A DNA stretch of 64,000 nucleotides from NCBI GenBank assembly GCA_963719515.1, contig CAVRCJ010000014.1:160001-224000 (forward strand). Reading direction: 5' to 3'. Origin of the DNA: an uncultured cyanobacterium. GTDB lineage: Bacteria; Cyanobacteriota; Cyanobacteriia; CAKZMO01. The notes under the pieces were generated by a model. That model searched no databases, was not told the DNA's origin, and saw nothing but the letters and a program-made list of their open reading frames with translations. Of this stretch, positions 10,652-19,936 are shown piece after piece (within the stretch, counting starts at the first letter, position 1; every line of letters begins with the position of its first letter). The translations under genes and the position numbers were made by a program.

Positions 10652-11563
10652 ATGTTTAATACAACCGAACTTTTAATCAACGACTTCGTTCGCAAACTTA
10701 AGGATGGCTATCACCGCACCTACGGTAGCCTCAACCAGGACTATGAGGACATCATCGGCTGGGCGGGGTCGATGGCGTTGGAAAATATTGCCAACAGCGA
10801 TGCGCTCTATCACAACGTTGAGCACACCATCCTCGTAACCTTGGTCGGTCAAGAAATTCTGCGCGGAAAGCACATTCGCGAGGGCAAGGTCTCGTCTGAA
10901 GACTGGCTTTCCTTTATTATTTCGCTTGTCTGCCACGATATTGGCTATGTGAAAGGGGTTTGCCGTGGGGACGGAGACGGCTGGTATGCCACCGGCAACG
11001 GTGATGAGCGAGTTCCCCTCAGGCCTGGAGCATCGGACGCTAGCTTGACGCCCTATCACGTCGATCGCGCCAAGCTGTTTGTCGCTGAGCGCTTTGGAGG
11101 GCATTGGCTGATTGACGCTGAGAAAGTCAAGCTCAATATCGAGCTGACGCGCTTTCCTGTGCCAACGGCGGAAGACCACCAAGATATTGTGGCTTACCCA
11201 GGGCTAATACGGGCCTCCGACCTGATTGGTCAACTGAGCGACCCCCGCTACTTGAAGAAGATCGGCGCACTGTTCTATGAGTTTGAGGAGACGGGGGTGA
11301 ACAAAGCGCTGGGGTATGCTCATCCAGGCGACCTGCGGGAAAACTACCCTAAGTTCTACTGGAACGGCGTCTATCCTTACATCAAGGAAGGGCTCCGCTA
11401 CCTACAGCTCACTCAGCAGGGCCAGCAAATCATCGCTAATCTCTACTCCAATGTTTTTGTTGTAGAGCACGATCGCCTTGGGCTTGGTCCATTGTCAGAG
11501 CAAAGCGCAGAAGCCAACGGTAACGGGGCTGCCAAGCCGTCTCCCGAGGCTGTTGAAGTGTAG
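10652..11563 (+). CDS. HD-domain metal-dependent phosphohydrolase (Npun_R2479-like)
   Basis: YHNVEHT, CHDIG, YHVDR and ASDLIGQL motifs. Confidence 0.88.
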   Translation: MFNTTELLINDFVRKLKDGYHRTYGSLNQDYEDIIGWAGSMALENIANSDALYHNVEHTILVTLVGQEILRGKHIREGKVSSEDWLSFIISLVCHDIGYVKGVCRGDGDGWYATGNGDERVPLRPGASDASLTPYHVDRAKLFVAERFGGHWLIDAEKVKLNIELTRFPVPTAEDHQDIVAYPGLIRASDLIGQLSDPRYLKKIGALFYEFEETGVNKALGYAHPGDLRENYPKFYWNGVYPYIKEGLRYLQLTQQGQQIIANLYSNVFVVEHDRLGLGPLSEQSAEANGNGAAKPSPEAVEV

Positions 11564-11777
11564 TGGCTGCTCCCGTCTAAATAGGTCTCCAACTTGCGGT
11601 AGACTTCCGGTGAACTGACAAGCACTGGCCCTCAGAATGGAGGGCCGCCGAAAAACGTGAACTTCTGGCGAGGCGATTGCAAGCCTCTTCTGGAAGTGGT
11701 GCTATACTAGTTGCTCTGAGATTAAGTCTATATTGCCTCTAAAAAGAGTATTTGTTTAAGGAGAGCGTCTTACACGC

Positions 11778-12032
11778 ATGGTTAAGCTTCGACTCAAGCG
11801 CTACGGAAAAAAAAGAGAAGTGAGCTACCGAATCGTAGCTATTAACAGCCGCGATCGCCGCGATGGTCGCCCCTTGGAGGAGCTTGGGTTCTACAACCCC
11901 CGCACCGATGAGACTCGGCTCAACGTACCCGCCATCGTAAAGCGTCTACAGACCGGGGCTCAGCCAACCGATACGGTCCGGCGAATCCTAGAAAAAGCGA
12001 GCGTATTTGAGCAAGTTAACGCAGGCTCATAG
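11778..12032 (+). CDS. rpsP: 30S ribosomal protein S16
   Basis: [12 protein letters not shown]...YRIVA...[15 protein letters not shown]; extended -10 TGcTATACT at 11700-11708. Confidence 0.99.
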   Translation: MVKLRLKRYGKKREVSYRIVAINSRDRRDGRPLEELGFYNPRTDETRLNVPAIVKRLQTGAQPTDTVRRILEKASVFEQVNAGS

Positions 12033-12053
12033 CCGTTTCGGCGCGTACAAATT

Positions 12054-12452
12054 TTGGCGTATATCCCCCTGGCCGTGACTGATTCAACTGCCCCCGACCC
12101 AACTCTCCCTAGCCCGGCTAATGCTGACTACGCAGCGTTAGTTAAGTTTTTGGTTGAGCCTTTTTTAGCTTCTCCCGACTCGCTACGGCTCGATACTGAG
12201 ATGTCGCCGCGGGGGCGGGTGCTGCTGCGTCTGGCCATTGAAGGGGAAGATAAAGGCAAGGTGTTTGGTCGAGGCGGTCGGAACCTACAGGCTATTCGCT
12301 CGGTGGTTGAGGTCTCTGCTCAGCTTGCCAATCAGATGGTCCATCTAGAGGTCTACGGCCATTCGCCCGAGCGCGATTCTAGCTCAGACGATCGGAGTCA
12401 GCCGCGATCCTCTCGGCCTGCGCCTCCTCGTCCTCGTTTGAAGCAGGGGTAG
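12054..12452 (+). CDS. khpA: KH-domain RNA-binding protein (KhpA family); start codon uncertain
   Basis: DKGKVFGRGGRNLQAIR GxxG motif; conserved position after rpsP. Confidence 0.88.
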   Translation: MAYIPLAVTDSTAPDPTLPSPANADYAALVKFLVEPFLASPDSLRLDTEMSPRGRVLLRLAIEGEDKGKVFGRGGRNLQAIRSVVEVSAQLANQMVHLEVYGHSPERDSSSDDRSQPRSSRPAPPRPRLKQG

Positions 12453-12467
12453 TTTTAAGCCCTTAAG

Positions 12468-13418
12468 ATGGCTACTGTATCCATCGACCTATTGAGTCCA
12501 GAAAACGCGATCGCGCTGACCTCTAGTCGCTACGACACCCTGCCTCAGCTTGCAAAGCTGACTGGAGCCGAGGTTGTGCTTCGAGGCCAGGATCTGGTGA
12601 TTTCTGGTAAGGACAGTGCGGTAGAGCAGTGCACTGCGCTTGTCAGAGCGCTTGAACCCTACTGGAGCGTAGGCAAGGCCGTTACCGGTGTTGACGTGCT
12701 GACGGTGCGCCACGCCTTGGACAGCAAACGTCTAGGCGATCTGAGCGCCCTACAAAAAAACGTGCTGGCGACAACCCGTCGTGGCGAGCAGATTCGCGCC
12801 AAAACGCTGAGGCAGCAGCAGTACATCCAGGCCATTCGCGCCCACGATCTAACATTTTGCATTGGTCCTGCTGGGACCGGTAAGACTTTTCTAGCCGCTA
12901 TTCTAGCGGTTCAGGCGCTGTTCGCCGAAGAGGTGGAACGGCTAATTCTGACGCGCCCTGCCGTAGAGGCCGGAGAAAAGCTGGGGTTCTTGCCGGGGGA
13001 TCTGCAGCAAAAAATTGATCCCTACCTACGTCCCCTCTATGACGCCCTCTACGAACTGATCGATCCCGCTAAGATTCCTAGCCTGATGGAGCGGGGCATC
13101 ATTGAGGTGGCTCCGCTGGCCTATATGCGAGGCCGGACCCTCAACAATGCGTTTGTCATTCTAGACGAGGCCCAGAACACCTCCCCAACCCAGATGAAGA
13201 TGGTGCTCACCCGGCTAGGCTTTGGCTCCCGAATGGTGGTAACCGGCGATGTGACCCAAACCGATTTGCCGAGTCAGTCCCAGTCAGGACTAGCCGTGGC
13301 GCAAAAGACTCTAAACGGCGTGGAGGGCATTGGGTTTTGTCAACTCACCCAAGCTGATGTGGTGCGCCATCCCCTGGTGCAGCGGATTGTGGCGGCCTAC
13401 GAGAAGCAAGGGCGCTAA
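12468..13418 (+). CDS. phoH: PhoH-family ATPase
   Basis: GPAGTGKT, RPAVEAGEKLGFLPG, YMRGRTL, DEAQN and VVRHPLV motifs. Confidence 0.95.
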   Translation: MATVSIDLLSPENAIALTSSRYDTLPQLAKLTGAEVVLRGQDLVISGKDSAVEQCTALVRALEPYWSVGKAVTGVDVLTVRHALDSKRLGDLSALQKNVLATTRRGEQIRAKTLRQQQYIQAIRAHDLTFCIGPAGTGKTFLAAILAVQALFAEEVERLILTRPAVEAGEKLGFLPGDLQQKIDPYLRPLYDALYELIDPAKIPSLMERGIIEVAPLAYMRGRTLNNAFVILDEAQNTSPTQMKMVLTRLGFGSRMVVTGDVTQTDLPSQSQSGLAVAQKTLNGVEGIGFCQLTQADVVRHPLVQRIVAAYEKQGR

Positions 13419-13424
13419 GGGGCC

Positions 13425-14204
13425 TTAAATCTGGCCGACAACGATGCGATCGCCTGTCGGCTGTAGCGGCGCGGAGCCCTCAGCTACCGTGACAAAGGCC
13501 TCCTGCGCTTTAACCCCCTCGGGGATGCCCTCTGGCGGGTTGAGGGTGACGAACACCGAGCCGGTTTCATCGGTGGCGAACTCGCCGCAGAGAAATGGCT
13601 GCCCGTTGTCTAGGGAAAGCCACATACGGTAAACCTGCTCAGGGGGAAGCGGCGGCAGGTCGGCGATAGAAACCACCACCTGTTCCCACTGGCCGGGGGT
13701 AAACAGCAGCGTCCCCGCTGAGCCCTCTCCCTGCAGCGCTACTAGGCGGCTTTTGGGCCGCTGGAGAATTGAGGCTACCTCTTCGGCCTCGCTCTCTTCT
13801 GGGACGTTTTGCTGGGCAAGGCTGAACTGCCGCCGCAGACGGAGGTTGTCAAAAGCGAGCAGCAGCAAGGCTGGGATAGACAGGATAGCGATCAGCCGGC
13901 TCCAGGGCACCGAGCGGGAAACGCTGGCGCGTGAGCTGCGGTCCGTCTTACTAATTTCGCTAGCGGTATGAGCCGCCAGAATCTTGCCTTCCAACTGCGG
14001 CGGCGGCGCAATCTTATCTAGGGCATGGGGTACGAGCTGCAGGCTGATGCGCAGCGCATCTACTTCCTCCTGCATGGCTGGATTCGCTTTGAGTAGCTGC
14101 ACCACCTGCGCCTCTTCGTCAGCGTCGAGGTCGCCCAAGACGTACCCCGCCGCCAAAATCTGTTCCTCGTTTGATAGTAGCTGTGACATGTTCTCTTTGT
14201 TCAC
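13425..14204 (-). CDS. Anti-sigma factor (RskA/anti-sigma-K type)
   Basis: N-terminal LAAGYVLGDLDADE domain, one TM helix, C-terminal LPPLPPEQVYRMW...VTVAE domain; GTG start overlaps the TGA stop of the sigma C-terminus. Confidence 0.88.
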   Translation of the reverse strand: MNKENMSQLLSNEEQILAAGYVLGDLDADEEAQVVQLLKANPAMQEEVDALRISLQLVPHALDKIAPPPQLEGKILAAHTASEISKTDRSSRASVSRSVPWSRLIAILSIPALLLLAFDNLRLRRQFSLAQQNVPEESEAEEVASILQRPKSRLVALQGEGSAGTLLFTPGQWEQVVVSIADLPPLPPEQVYRMWLSLDNGQPFLCGEFATDETGSVFVTLNPPEGIPEGVKAQEAFVTVAEGSAPLQPTGDRIVVGQI

Positions 14205-14265
14205 TCGACCGCACTCCCTAGCAGCCGTCGTAGGGTTATCAGACCCTTTCGTGCGTTGGTTTTAA

Positions 14266-15684
14266 CTATTAGACGGGAAGTCCCGCGCTGTATGGGCAGC
14301 ATCAGCGTCGGGATGAAAGGCGCGTGAGCCGTAGGCGAACAATTAAGGAGCGGCGCATTACTCCTTAAGGATGCTACAATCGAAGTGTGTTGACCTTGAA
14401 CTACTCCTACAGAATTTATCCGTCTGTTGAGCAGGAAGCCCGTATGGTCTGTTGGCTTGAGACCTGTCGCGGCGTCTACAACTATGCGCTGCGAGAGCGA
14501 AAGGACTGGATAAAGTCGAGAAGCTGCGTAGCTAATGCCTGCTCGCTTCAGTCGGAGTACGTCATGGCGGCGGACGCGCCATATCCTAGCTACTACAAGC
14601 AGCAAAATGCGCTGACTGCGGCTAAGAAGATATTTCCTCACCTGAAGGACGTGCAGTCTCAGGTGCTTCAAGAGCCTATTCGCAGGGTAGAGGCAGCATT
14701 TGCTGCGAGGAAGGAGAGAGGCCACGGTTTCCCGCGCTTCAAAAAGTTTGGGCAGTACCGCTCGTTCCTCTTTCCGCAGTTCAAGGAAAACCCGGTGACG
14801 GGCAGCCAAATCAAGTTGCCTAAGCTAGGCACGATGCGCATCGTTCTGCACCGCCCTATCCCAGAAGGGTTTGCGGTGAAAACGGTGCGCATCATCAAAA
14901 AGCATTCGGGGGTACGCTACCCTATGCATTCAAGCCGATGTCAATGTGCCTGATGCTGTTCCCTATGGGGAGAGTATCGGCATTGACGTCGGGCTTGAAT
15001 ACTTTCCTGTCCACTTCCAACGGCTTGCAGGTAGAGCGCCCGCGCTTTTTCGGTAAGCTGCAGCGCAAGCTTAAATTGCTGCAACGCAGACTGAAGAATA
15101 AGCAGCGGGGCTCGAATAACCGCGCCAAAGCTGATTGGAAGAATTGGACGGGTACATGAGCAGATAGCAGCTTGCCGCCTTGACTGGCAATTCAAGCTGG
15201 CCCACAAGCTGTGTGACCAAGCCCAAATCATCTTCGTAGAAGACCTTGACTTTCGCATCATGGCGAAAGGGATGCTGGGTAAACACACTCTTGATGCTGG
15301 CTTGGGGCAGTTCATAAACCAGGTCTTGCCGTGGGTGTGCTTCAAGCGCGGCGTCTATTACGGCAAGGTTGACGCTTATGGTACTTCTCAGGAGTGCCCA
15401 GACTGCGGCGCTGTGGTCAAAAAATCGTTGGGCGATCGCGTTCATCGGTGTCATGAATGTGGGTCGCTCAAGCCGAGAGATATTGCCGCTGCTCAAGTCA
15501 TCAACGCCCGTGGAATTTCGGGTATTCAAATTGCCTGTGGAGCCGAGGTAGCGGGGATGTGGGAAGCCATATCTAGCCAACTGGCCCAGAAGCAGGAAAC
15601 TCATCGGGTGACCGATGAAGCCCGCGCTCTATCCGTAGGATGTTCGCAAAGCGCTTCCGCAGGAAGAACGTCGGGAGTATTCAC
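14266..15684 (+). mobile_element. IS200/IS605-family (IS1341-type, tnpB only) insertion sequence
   Basis: Inserted 3' of TTTAA with no target duplication; left end CTATTAGACGGGAAGTCCCGCGCT...AGCGTCGGGATG; right end GAAGCCCGCGCT...CGTCGGGAGTATTCAC. Confidence 0.9.
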
Positions 15685-15694
15685 CCGTACCTAA
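14387..15694 (+). pseudogene. tnpB: RNA-guided endonuclease TnpB with about three frameshifts
   Basis: HTH start YSYRIYPSVEQE, GFPRFKK, RuvC motifs GIDVG / FVEDL / PRDIAAA and zinc finger CPDC..CHEC, spread across frames; shifts near 14910, 15007 and 15135. Confidence 0.85.
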
Positions 15695-16292
15695 TGGTAA
15701 ACCTAACTGCTGAGCAATGGTCGATTGGCTGACGCCCTGATAGAAGTTCATCTCCAAGATTTGCCGCTGGCGGTCTGGAAGTTCAGCCATCACGAGCTTT
15801 AGCGCCTGCGCTTGCTCGGTCAGAGACGCTTTTTCTAGCGGCGTTGATGTTGTCCATTCTCTGAGGGGCAGCGCCTTTAGCTTCTCAAGCGATCGCTGCT
15901 GGCTGCTGCTGCGCTTCAGACGGTTGAGCGCCCGACTGCGGGTTACCACGCTGAGGTAGGTGCTGAGCGCAGCTCGACTGGGATCAAAATTTTCCTGTTT
16001 CCAAAAATTTAGAAATACATCTTGAGCTAGGTCTTCTGCCTCGCTAGCGATGCCTAACATTTTCAGGGCGATCGTGTAAACCAAGCCACTATAGCGCCCG
16101 TACAACAATCTAAGCGCGTCTTGATGTCCCGCCCTTAAGGACTCAACCAGCTCGGCATCGGAGGTATTATCAGAAAAACGAGCCATGGGTCATGGGGAAA
16201 TAGCGATCCGCTGCATCGTACAAATCTACAACTGAGCTTACTACGCTGCTACACCAGTCAAAGTTAAGTTATAGGTTAACAAGCAATGAGTA

Positions 16293-16326
16293 AGGGAACG
16301 CCTCTCTAGAAACAGAAGCGTTCCCT
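16293..16326 (-). terminator. Hairpin downstream of the RTX-type gene
   Basis: AGGGAACGC...GCGTTCCCT inverted repeat. Confidence 0.55.
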
Positions 16327-16387
16327 GAACATTTGATTTCCCGATCTGAGCTAAGCAGATAGCTCTCGTCCGGGACATTTGCTTTAG

Positions 16388-16779
16388 CGACTAGACGGGA
16401 AGCCCCGCGCTCTACCCGTCAGGGTGAGCGTCGGGATGAGAGTCGCGCTAGCCGAAGTGCGCCCGCAAAATGATGCACAGCGGATAGTGCGCTCAGCGCT
16501 GAGGCTAGCAGTTGGTATGATAGAGATAGCAAGGTGATACACCCCGCAAAGAGTGTGACGGGCCCGTAGGCGAAAGCTGCAAGTCACCCGTTCCTCAGTT
16601 TGCAAATGTATCTGCGACACATAGTGCGTATCCTCCCTCGCGGAGATGAAAATTCAAAACTCTGCCGTGGGGCATCAGGCGGAGTATAAACCTATCTCAG
16701 GATATGTCTCGGCAATAGCTGGGAGTCACTGAGGAAGCCCGCGCTGTACAGCTTGCTGTCAGCGTCGGGAGGATGTCAC
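16388..16779 (+). mobile_element. Non-autonomous IS605-family derivative with ends related to the tnpB element at 14266
   Basis: Left end CGACTAGACGGGAAGCCCCGCGCT...AGCGTCGGGATG after TTTAG; right end GAAGCCCGCGCT...AGCGTCGGGAGGATGTCAC; no credible ORF. Confidence 0.85.
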
Positions 16780-17837
16780 ACCTGAACCACGAAGCTATCA
16801 GCATTGAGGGTAGGGGCCCCTTCAATGGTGGCAATCTGCGCCCCGTTACCAAAGCCGTCTTCCATGCCGTTCGAATTGTAGTACAGTGCCCCTGTAGCTG
16901 CGCTGTAGGCAATCGCCGCTTCGCTGAGCGCTGCCGCCTCGGCGCTATCAACAATCGCAAACTCTCCAGCAGCAAACGCCCCCCCAGGGCTGCCGGTCAG
17001 GGTGGCGAAGATGGTGGTGTCGAAAACGATGCTGTCTTCGGCTCCGAAGTTTTGGATGAGGTTGTCGCCTTGCTCAGACGGGAGTAGCCCGACGGCAAAT
17101 GCGAATAGGTCTGCGCCTTCACCGCCGATGAGGATGTCGCTGCCGGCCCCACCAATGAGCAGGTCAGCGCCGTTGCCGCCAATCAGAATATCGTCGCCAG
17201 CACCGCCTATAAGGATATCGCTACCGTCACCACCGTCAGCGACAACAGGGGTGAGGGTACCGCTGGCGTTGAGGAAGTCGTTGCCCTCTCCCCCTGAGAA
17301 CACTACCTTCTCGACGGTGCTGCCGGTCAGGTCGCCTACGGTGAGGGAGTCGTCGCCCCCTTGGCCATTGATCTCAAACTGCTCGATGTTCTCGTTGGTG
17401 AGCGTAAACAGCCCCAGGTTGAGGCGATTGAAGATGGCCTGCCCGTCGACCTGAGCCAGGTCAAACTCATCGCCCGCGCCGTCTGCGCCGTTGACTTGAG
17501 TAATATCGAAGCCCGCGCCGCCGTCGATGAAGTCGCTGCCGTCGCCGTTGTTCCAAATAAAGCGATCGCTACCGGAACCCAAGAAAGCAATATCTCCTCC
17601 GATTTGACCCACAACAGTGTCGTCGCCCGACCCGGCAAAAATAAGGTCGTTACCAGCCCCAGCCGCAACCCTGTCGTCACCAGCCCCAGCGAAAAACAAA
17701 TCGTCATTGTCTCCGCCTTGCAGCTGATCGTCTCCAAAGCCACCAACAAGGATATTGCCAAGGTTTTGAATGCCGACCGCGTTTTCAAACAGATCGCCGA
17801 TAATCAGGTTGATCAAGTTAACGAGTAAAGGATTCAT
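16776..17837 (-). CDS. Hemolysin-type (RTX, GGxGxD) calcium-binding protein
   Basis: Many GGxGxDxLxG nonapeptides; C-terminal GALYYNSNG...GAQIATIEG tail typical of cyanobacterial RTX proteins. Confidence 0.9.
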   Translation of the reverse strand: MNPLLVNLINLIIGDLFENAVGIQNLGNILVGGFGDDQLQGGDNDDLFFAGAGDDRVAAGAGNDLIFAGSGDDTVVGQIGGDIAFLGSGSDRFIWNNGDGSDFIDGGAGFDITQVNGADGAGDEFDLAQVDGQAIFNRLNLGLFTLTNENIEQFEINGQGGDDSLTVGDLTGSTVEKVVFSGGEGNDFLNASGTLTPVVADGGDGSDILIGGAGDDILIGGNGADLLIGGAGSDILIGGEGADLFAFAVGLLPSEQGDNLIQNFGAEDSIVFDTTIFATLTGSPGGAFAAGEFAIVDSAEAAALSEAAIAYSAATGALYYNSNGMEDGFGNGAQIATIEGAPTLNADSFVVQV

Positions 17838-17997
17838 GGTGATTCTCCAAAAAAACAGTTAGGTGAATGAACGAAGTTCTGTAATAGATACAGCGGTCAA
17901 TCACGATCGGTTTTAAAGAATTCAAATTTTCCTAGGCTCCCCAGATTGCCTTGATGAACAGCGATCGCGTTACGCCAGCACAAGATAAACTGACCCC

Positions 17998-18852
17998 ATG
18001 ATTACCGGAACCACAAAACTACTGGGCGTCATCGGCCACCCCATCGCCCACTCCCTCTCCCCCGTCATGCACAACGCGGCGATCGCCCACCTAGGGGCCG
18101 ACTTCGTCTACCTGCCCTTTCCCATCGCGCCTGACTACCTCAAGCAGGCCATCCAGGGCTTTGAGGCGATCGGGTTAAAGGGCTTCAACGTCACCATTCC
18201 CCATAAGCAGTCGATCATGCCGCTGCTCAGCCAGGTGAGCGACCTGGCAATCTCTGTGGGGGCGGTGAATACGGTATGGCGAACGGAGACTGGCTGGAGC
18301 GGCACCAACACCGACGTGGCTGGGTTTGTCGCCCCCCTCACCCCCATGGATCGCGACTGGGGTGAGGCACTAATTTTGGGTCATGGGGGAGCCGCCCGCG
18401 CCGTGGTGGCGGGCTGTGTGCAGCTCGGGTGCAAGACTATTCGCGTGGTAGGACGACGGCCCGAGGCGCTAGCCGCGTTTCAGCGTAGTTGGCAGCTCAC
18501 TCCCCCGGCGACGCTGTCGGTTCATGCTTGGACAGAAGTACCGCAGCTTTTGGCAACCAGCGACCTGGTGGTCAATGCGACGCCCATCGGCATGCATCCC
18601 CACAAAGACGCCTCCCCCCTAGACGACCATTGGCGGGCGCTGCCGGCCAGCTGCGTCGCCTACGACCTAATCTACAAGCCCAATCCCACAAGATTTTTGC
18701 AGCAGGCCGAGTCCCGAGGGGCGATCGCCATCGACGGCTTAGAGATGCTGGTCCAGCAGGGGGCGTTGGCCCTAGAGCTTTGGCTGCAGCAGCCTGCACC
18801 AGTTGATATAATGCGGCGATCGCTGCAGGCAGCGCTGGGGTTAGCCGCCTAA
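17998..18852 (+). CDS. aroE: Shikimate dehydrogenase
   Basis: GHPIAHSLSPVMHN, NVTIPHK, GAVNT, GTNTD, GGAARA and DGLEMLVQQG motifs. Confidence 0.97.
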   Translation: MITGTTKLLGVIGHPIAHSLSPVMHNAAIAHLGADFVYLPFPIAPDYLKQAIQGFEAIGLKGFNVTIPHKQSIMPLLSQVSDLAISVGAVNTVWRTETGWSGTNTDVAGFVAPLTPMDRDWGEALILGHGGAARAVVAGCVQLGCKTIRVVGRRPEALAAFQRSWQLTPPATLSVHAWTEVPQLLATSDLVVNATPIGMHPHKDASPLDDHWRALPASCVAYDLIYKPNPTRFLQQAESRGAIAIDGLEMLVQQGALALELWLQQPAPVDIMRRSLQAALGLAA

Positions 18853-18856
18853 TTCT

Positions 18857-19871
18857 TCAAAGAAGGCCAAAGGTCGTCCCCACAAACCAAACGTAGAAAA
18901 TAATAAACAGCCACCCCTCCCAAGACGAAAGCTGCTTATCCTGCGTGGCAAAAAACATCAGCACAGTGCCCGCAATCATAGTGGGCAGTCCCGTTGTGAG
19001 CGTAGCCTCTGACACGGGCAGCTGCCCAAACAGCCCCGGCCCACCCATCACCACGAAGGTGTTAAAAATATTCGAGCCCAGAACGTTGCCCACGGCGATT
19101 TCAGCCTGTCCCTTGAGCGCTGCGTTGATGGTTACCAGCAGTTCAGGGAGTGAGGTGCCTAAGGCGACCGCCGTCACCGCGATGATGTCTCGCCCCACCT
19201 GAAGGATATCTGAAATTTGGATGAGCGAATTGATGGTGTAGCGAGCGCCCAGAAAAATAAACAGAGCGCTCGCGACAACCAGAGCCCCGTTGCGCAGCAG
19301 GGCCGAGCGTCGCCGCGACGGGGGCGGGGGCAGCTGCCGGATCGTCTGTAGTTTCCACAGTCTCGTTTATTGGGCTGTCCATTGGGCTGTCTACCGTCGG
19401 ATTGTTGACAGCGGTCCGGCTGCCGATAGTGACATAGACGGTATAAATCACGTAGCCCGATAAAAACAGAACCGCTTCGCCTTGGGAGAAGCGCCGGTCG
19501 AGGGACGCTAAGCCCAGCAGAAACGCAGACCCGGCAAACAGCGGTAAATCTACGTTGACTAAGTTATAGGTAATCGTCAGCCGACCTTTGCACAGGAGGG
19601 CGGCAGTGCCGATGACTAGAAAAATATTGACGATGTTAGAGCCGACGACATTACTCACCACCACCTCGGGAGCCCCTTCGAGGACGGCGAAGAGTGACGA
19701 GATTAGCTCTGGCAGAGACGTCCCGATGGAAATAATGGTGACGCCAATGATAAAAGGGGGAAGCCCTAGGGAGAGGCCAAGTCGTTCAGCAGCATCCGTA
19801 AATACGTCTGAGGCTTTTACCAAGACGGCTAAGCTGGCAGCAAACAGGACAAAATAGCCGACAAGTTCCAT
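18857..19871 (-). CDS. Calcium/sodium antiporter (YrbG/CaCA family), one frameshift
   Basis: Two alpha repeats GTSLPEL...NVxGSNI; frame change in the G-runs near 19320-19330 (corrected frame RSALLRNGALVVASALFIFLGARYTINS). Confidence 0.88.
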
Positions 19872-19936
19872 GTTCCGGTACGGGCCGTAAACGTAGTTTT
19901 CTGAAGCCAGTGTATCAGGCCAACGCCTGAGCGCCT

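Larger units (their letters stand above)
14201..16186 (-). pseudogene. ECF (sigma-70 group 4) sigma factor interrupted by an IS605-family element
   Basis: N-part 15685-16186 (AEDLAQDVFLNFW...QSTIAQQLGLPLGT) and C-part 14201-14265 (VKTNARKGLITLRRLLGSAVE*); removing 14266-15684 gives in-frame LPLGTVKT. Confidence 0.9.

Noticed and set aside
14266..15684. IStron (self-splicing IS) that could restore the sigma mRNA
   Set aside because: Only ~120 bp precede tnpB, there is no recognisable group I intron core, and the element is antisense to the host gene.
14201..16186. TnpB next to an ECF sigma factor as an RNA-guided transcription system (dead Cas12f/TnpB plus sigma)
   Set aside because: The tnpB lies inside the sigma gene on the opposite strand with both IS ends, keeps its catalytic residues, and removing it restores sigma. 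It is an insertion, not an operon.
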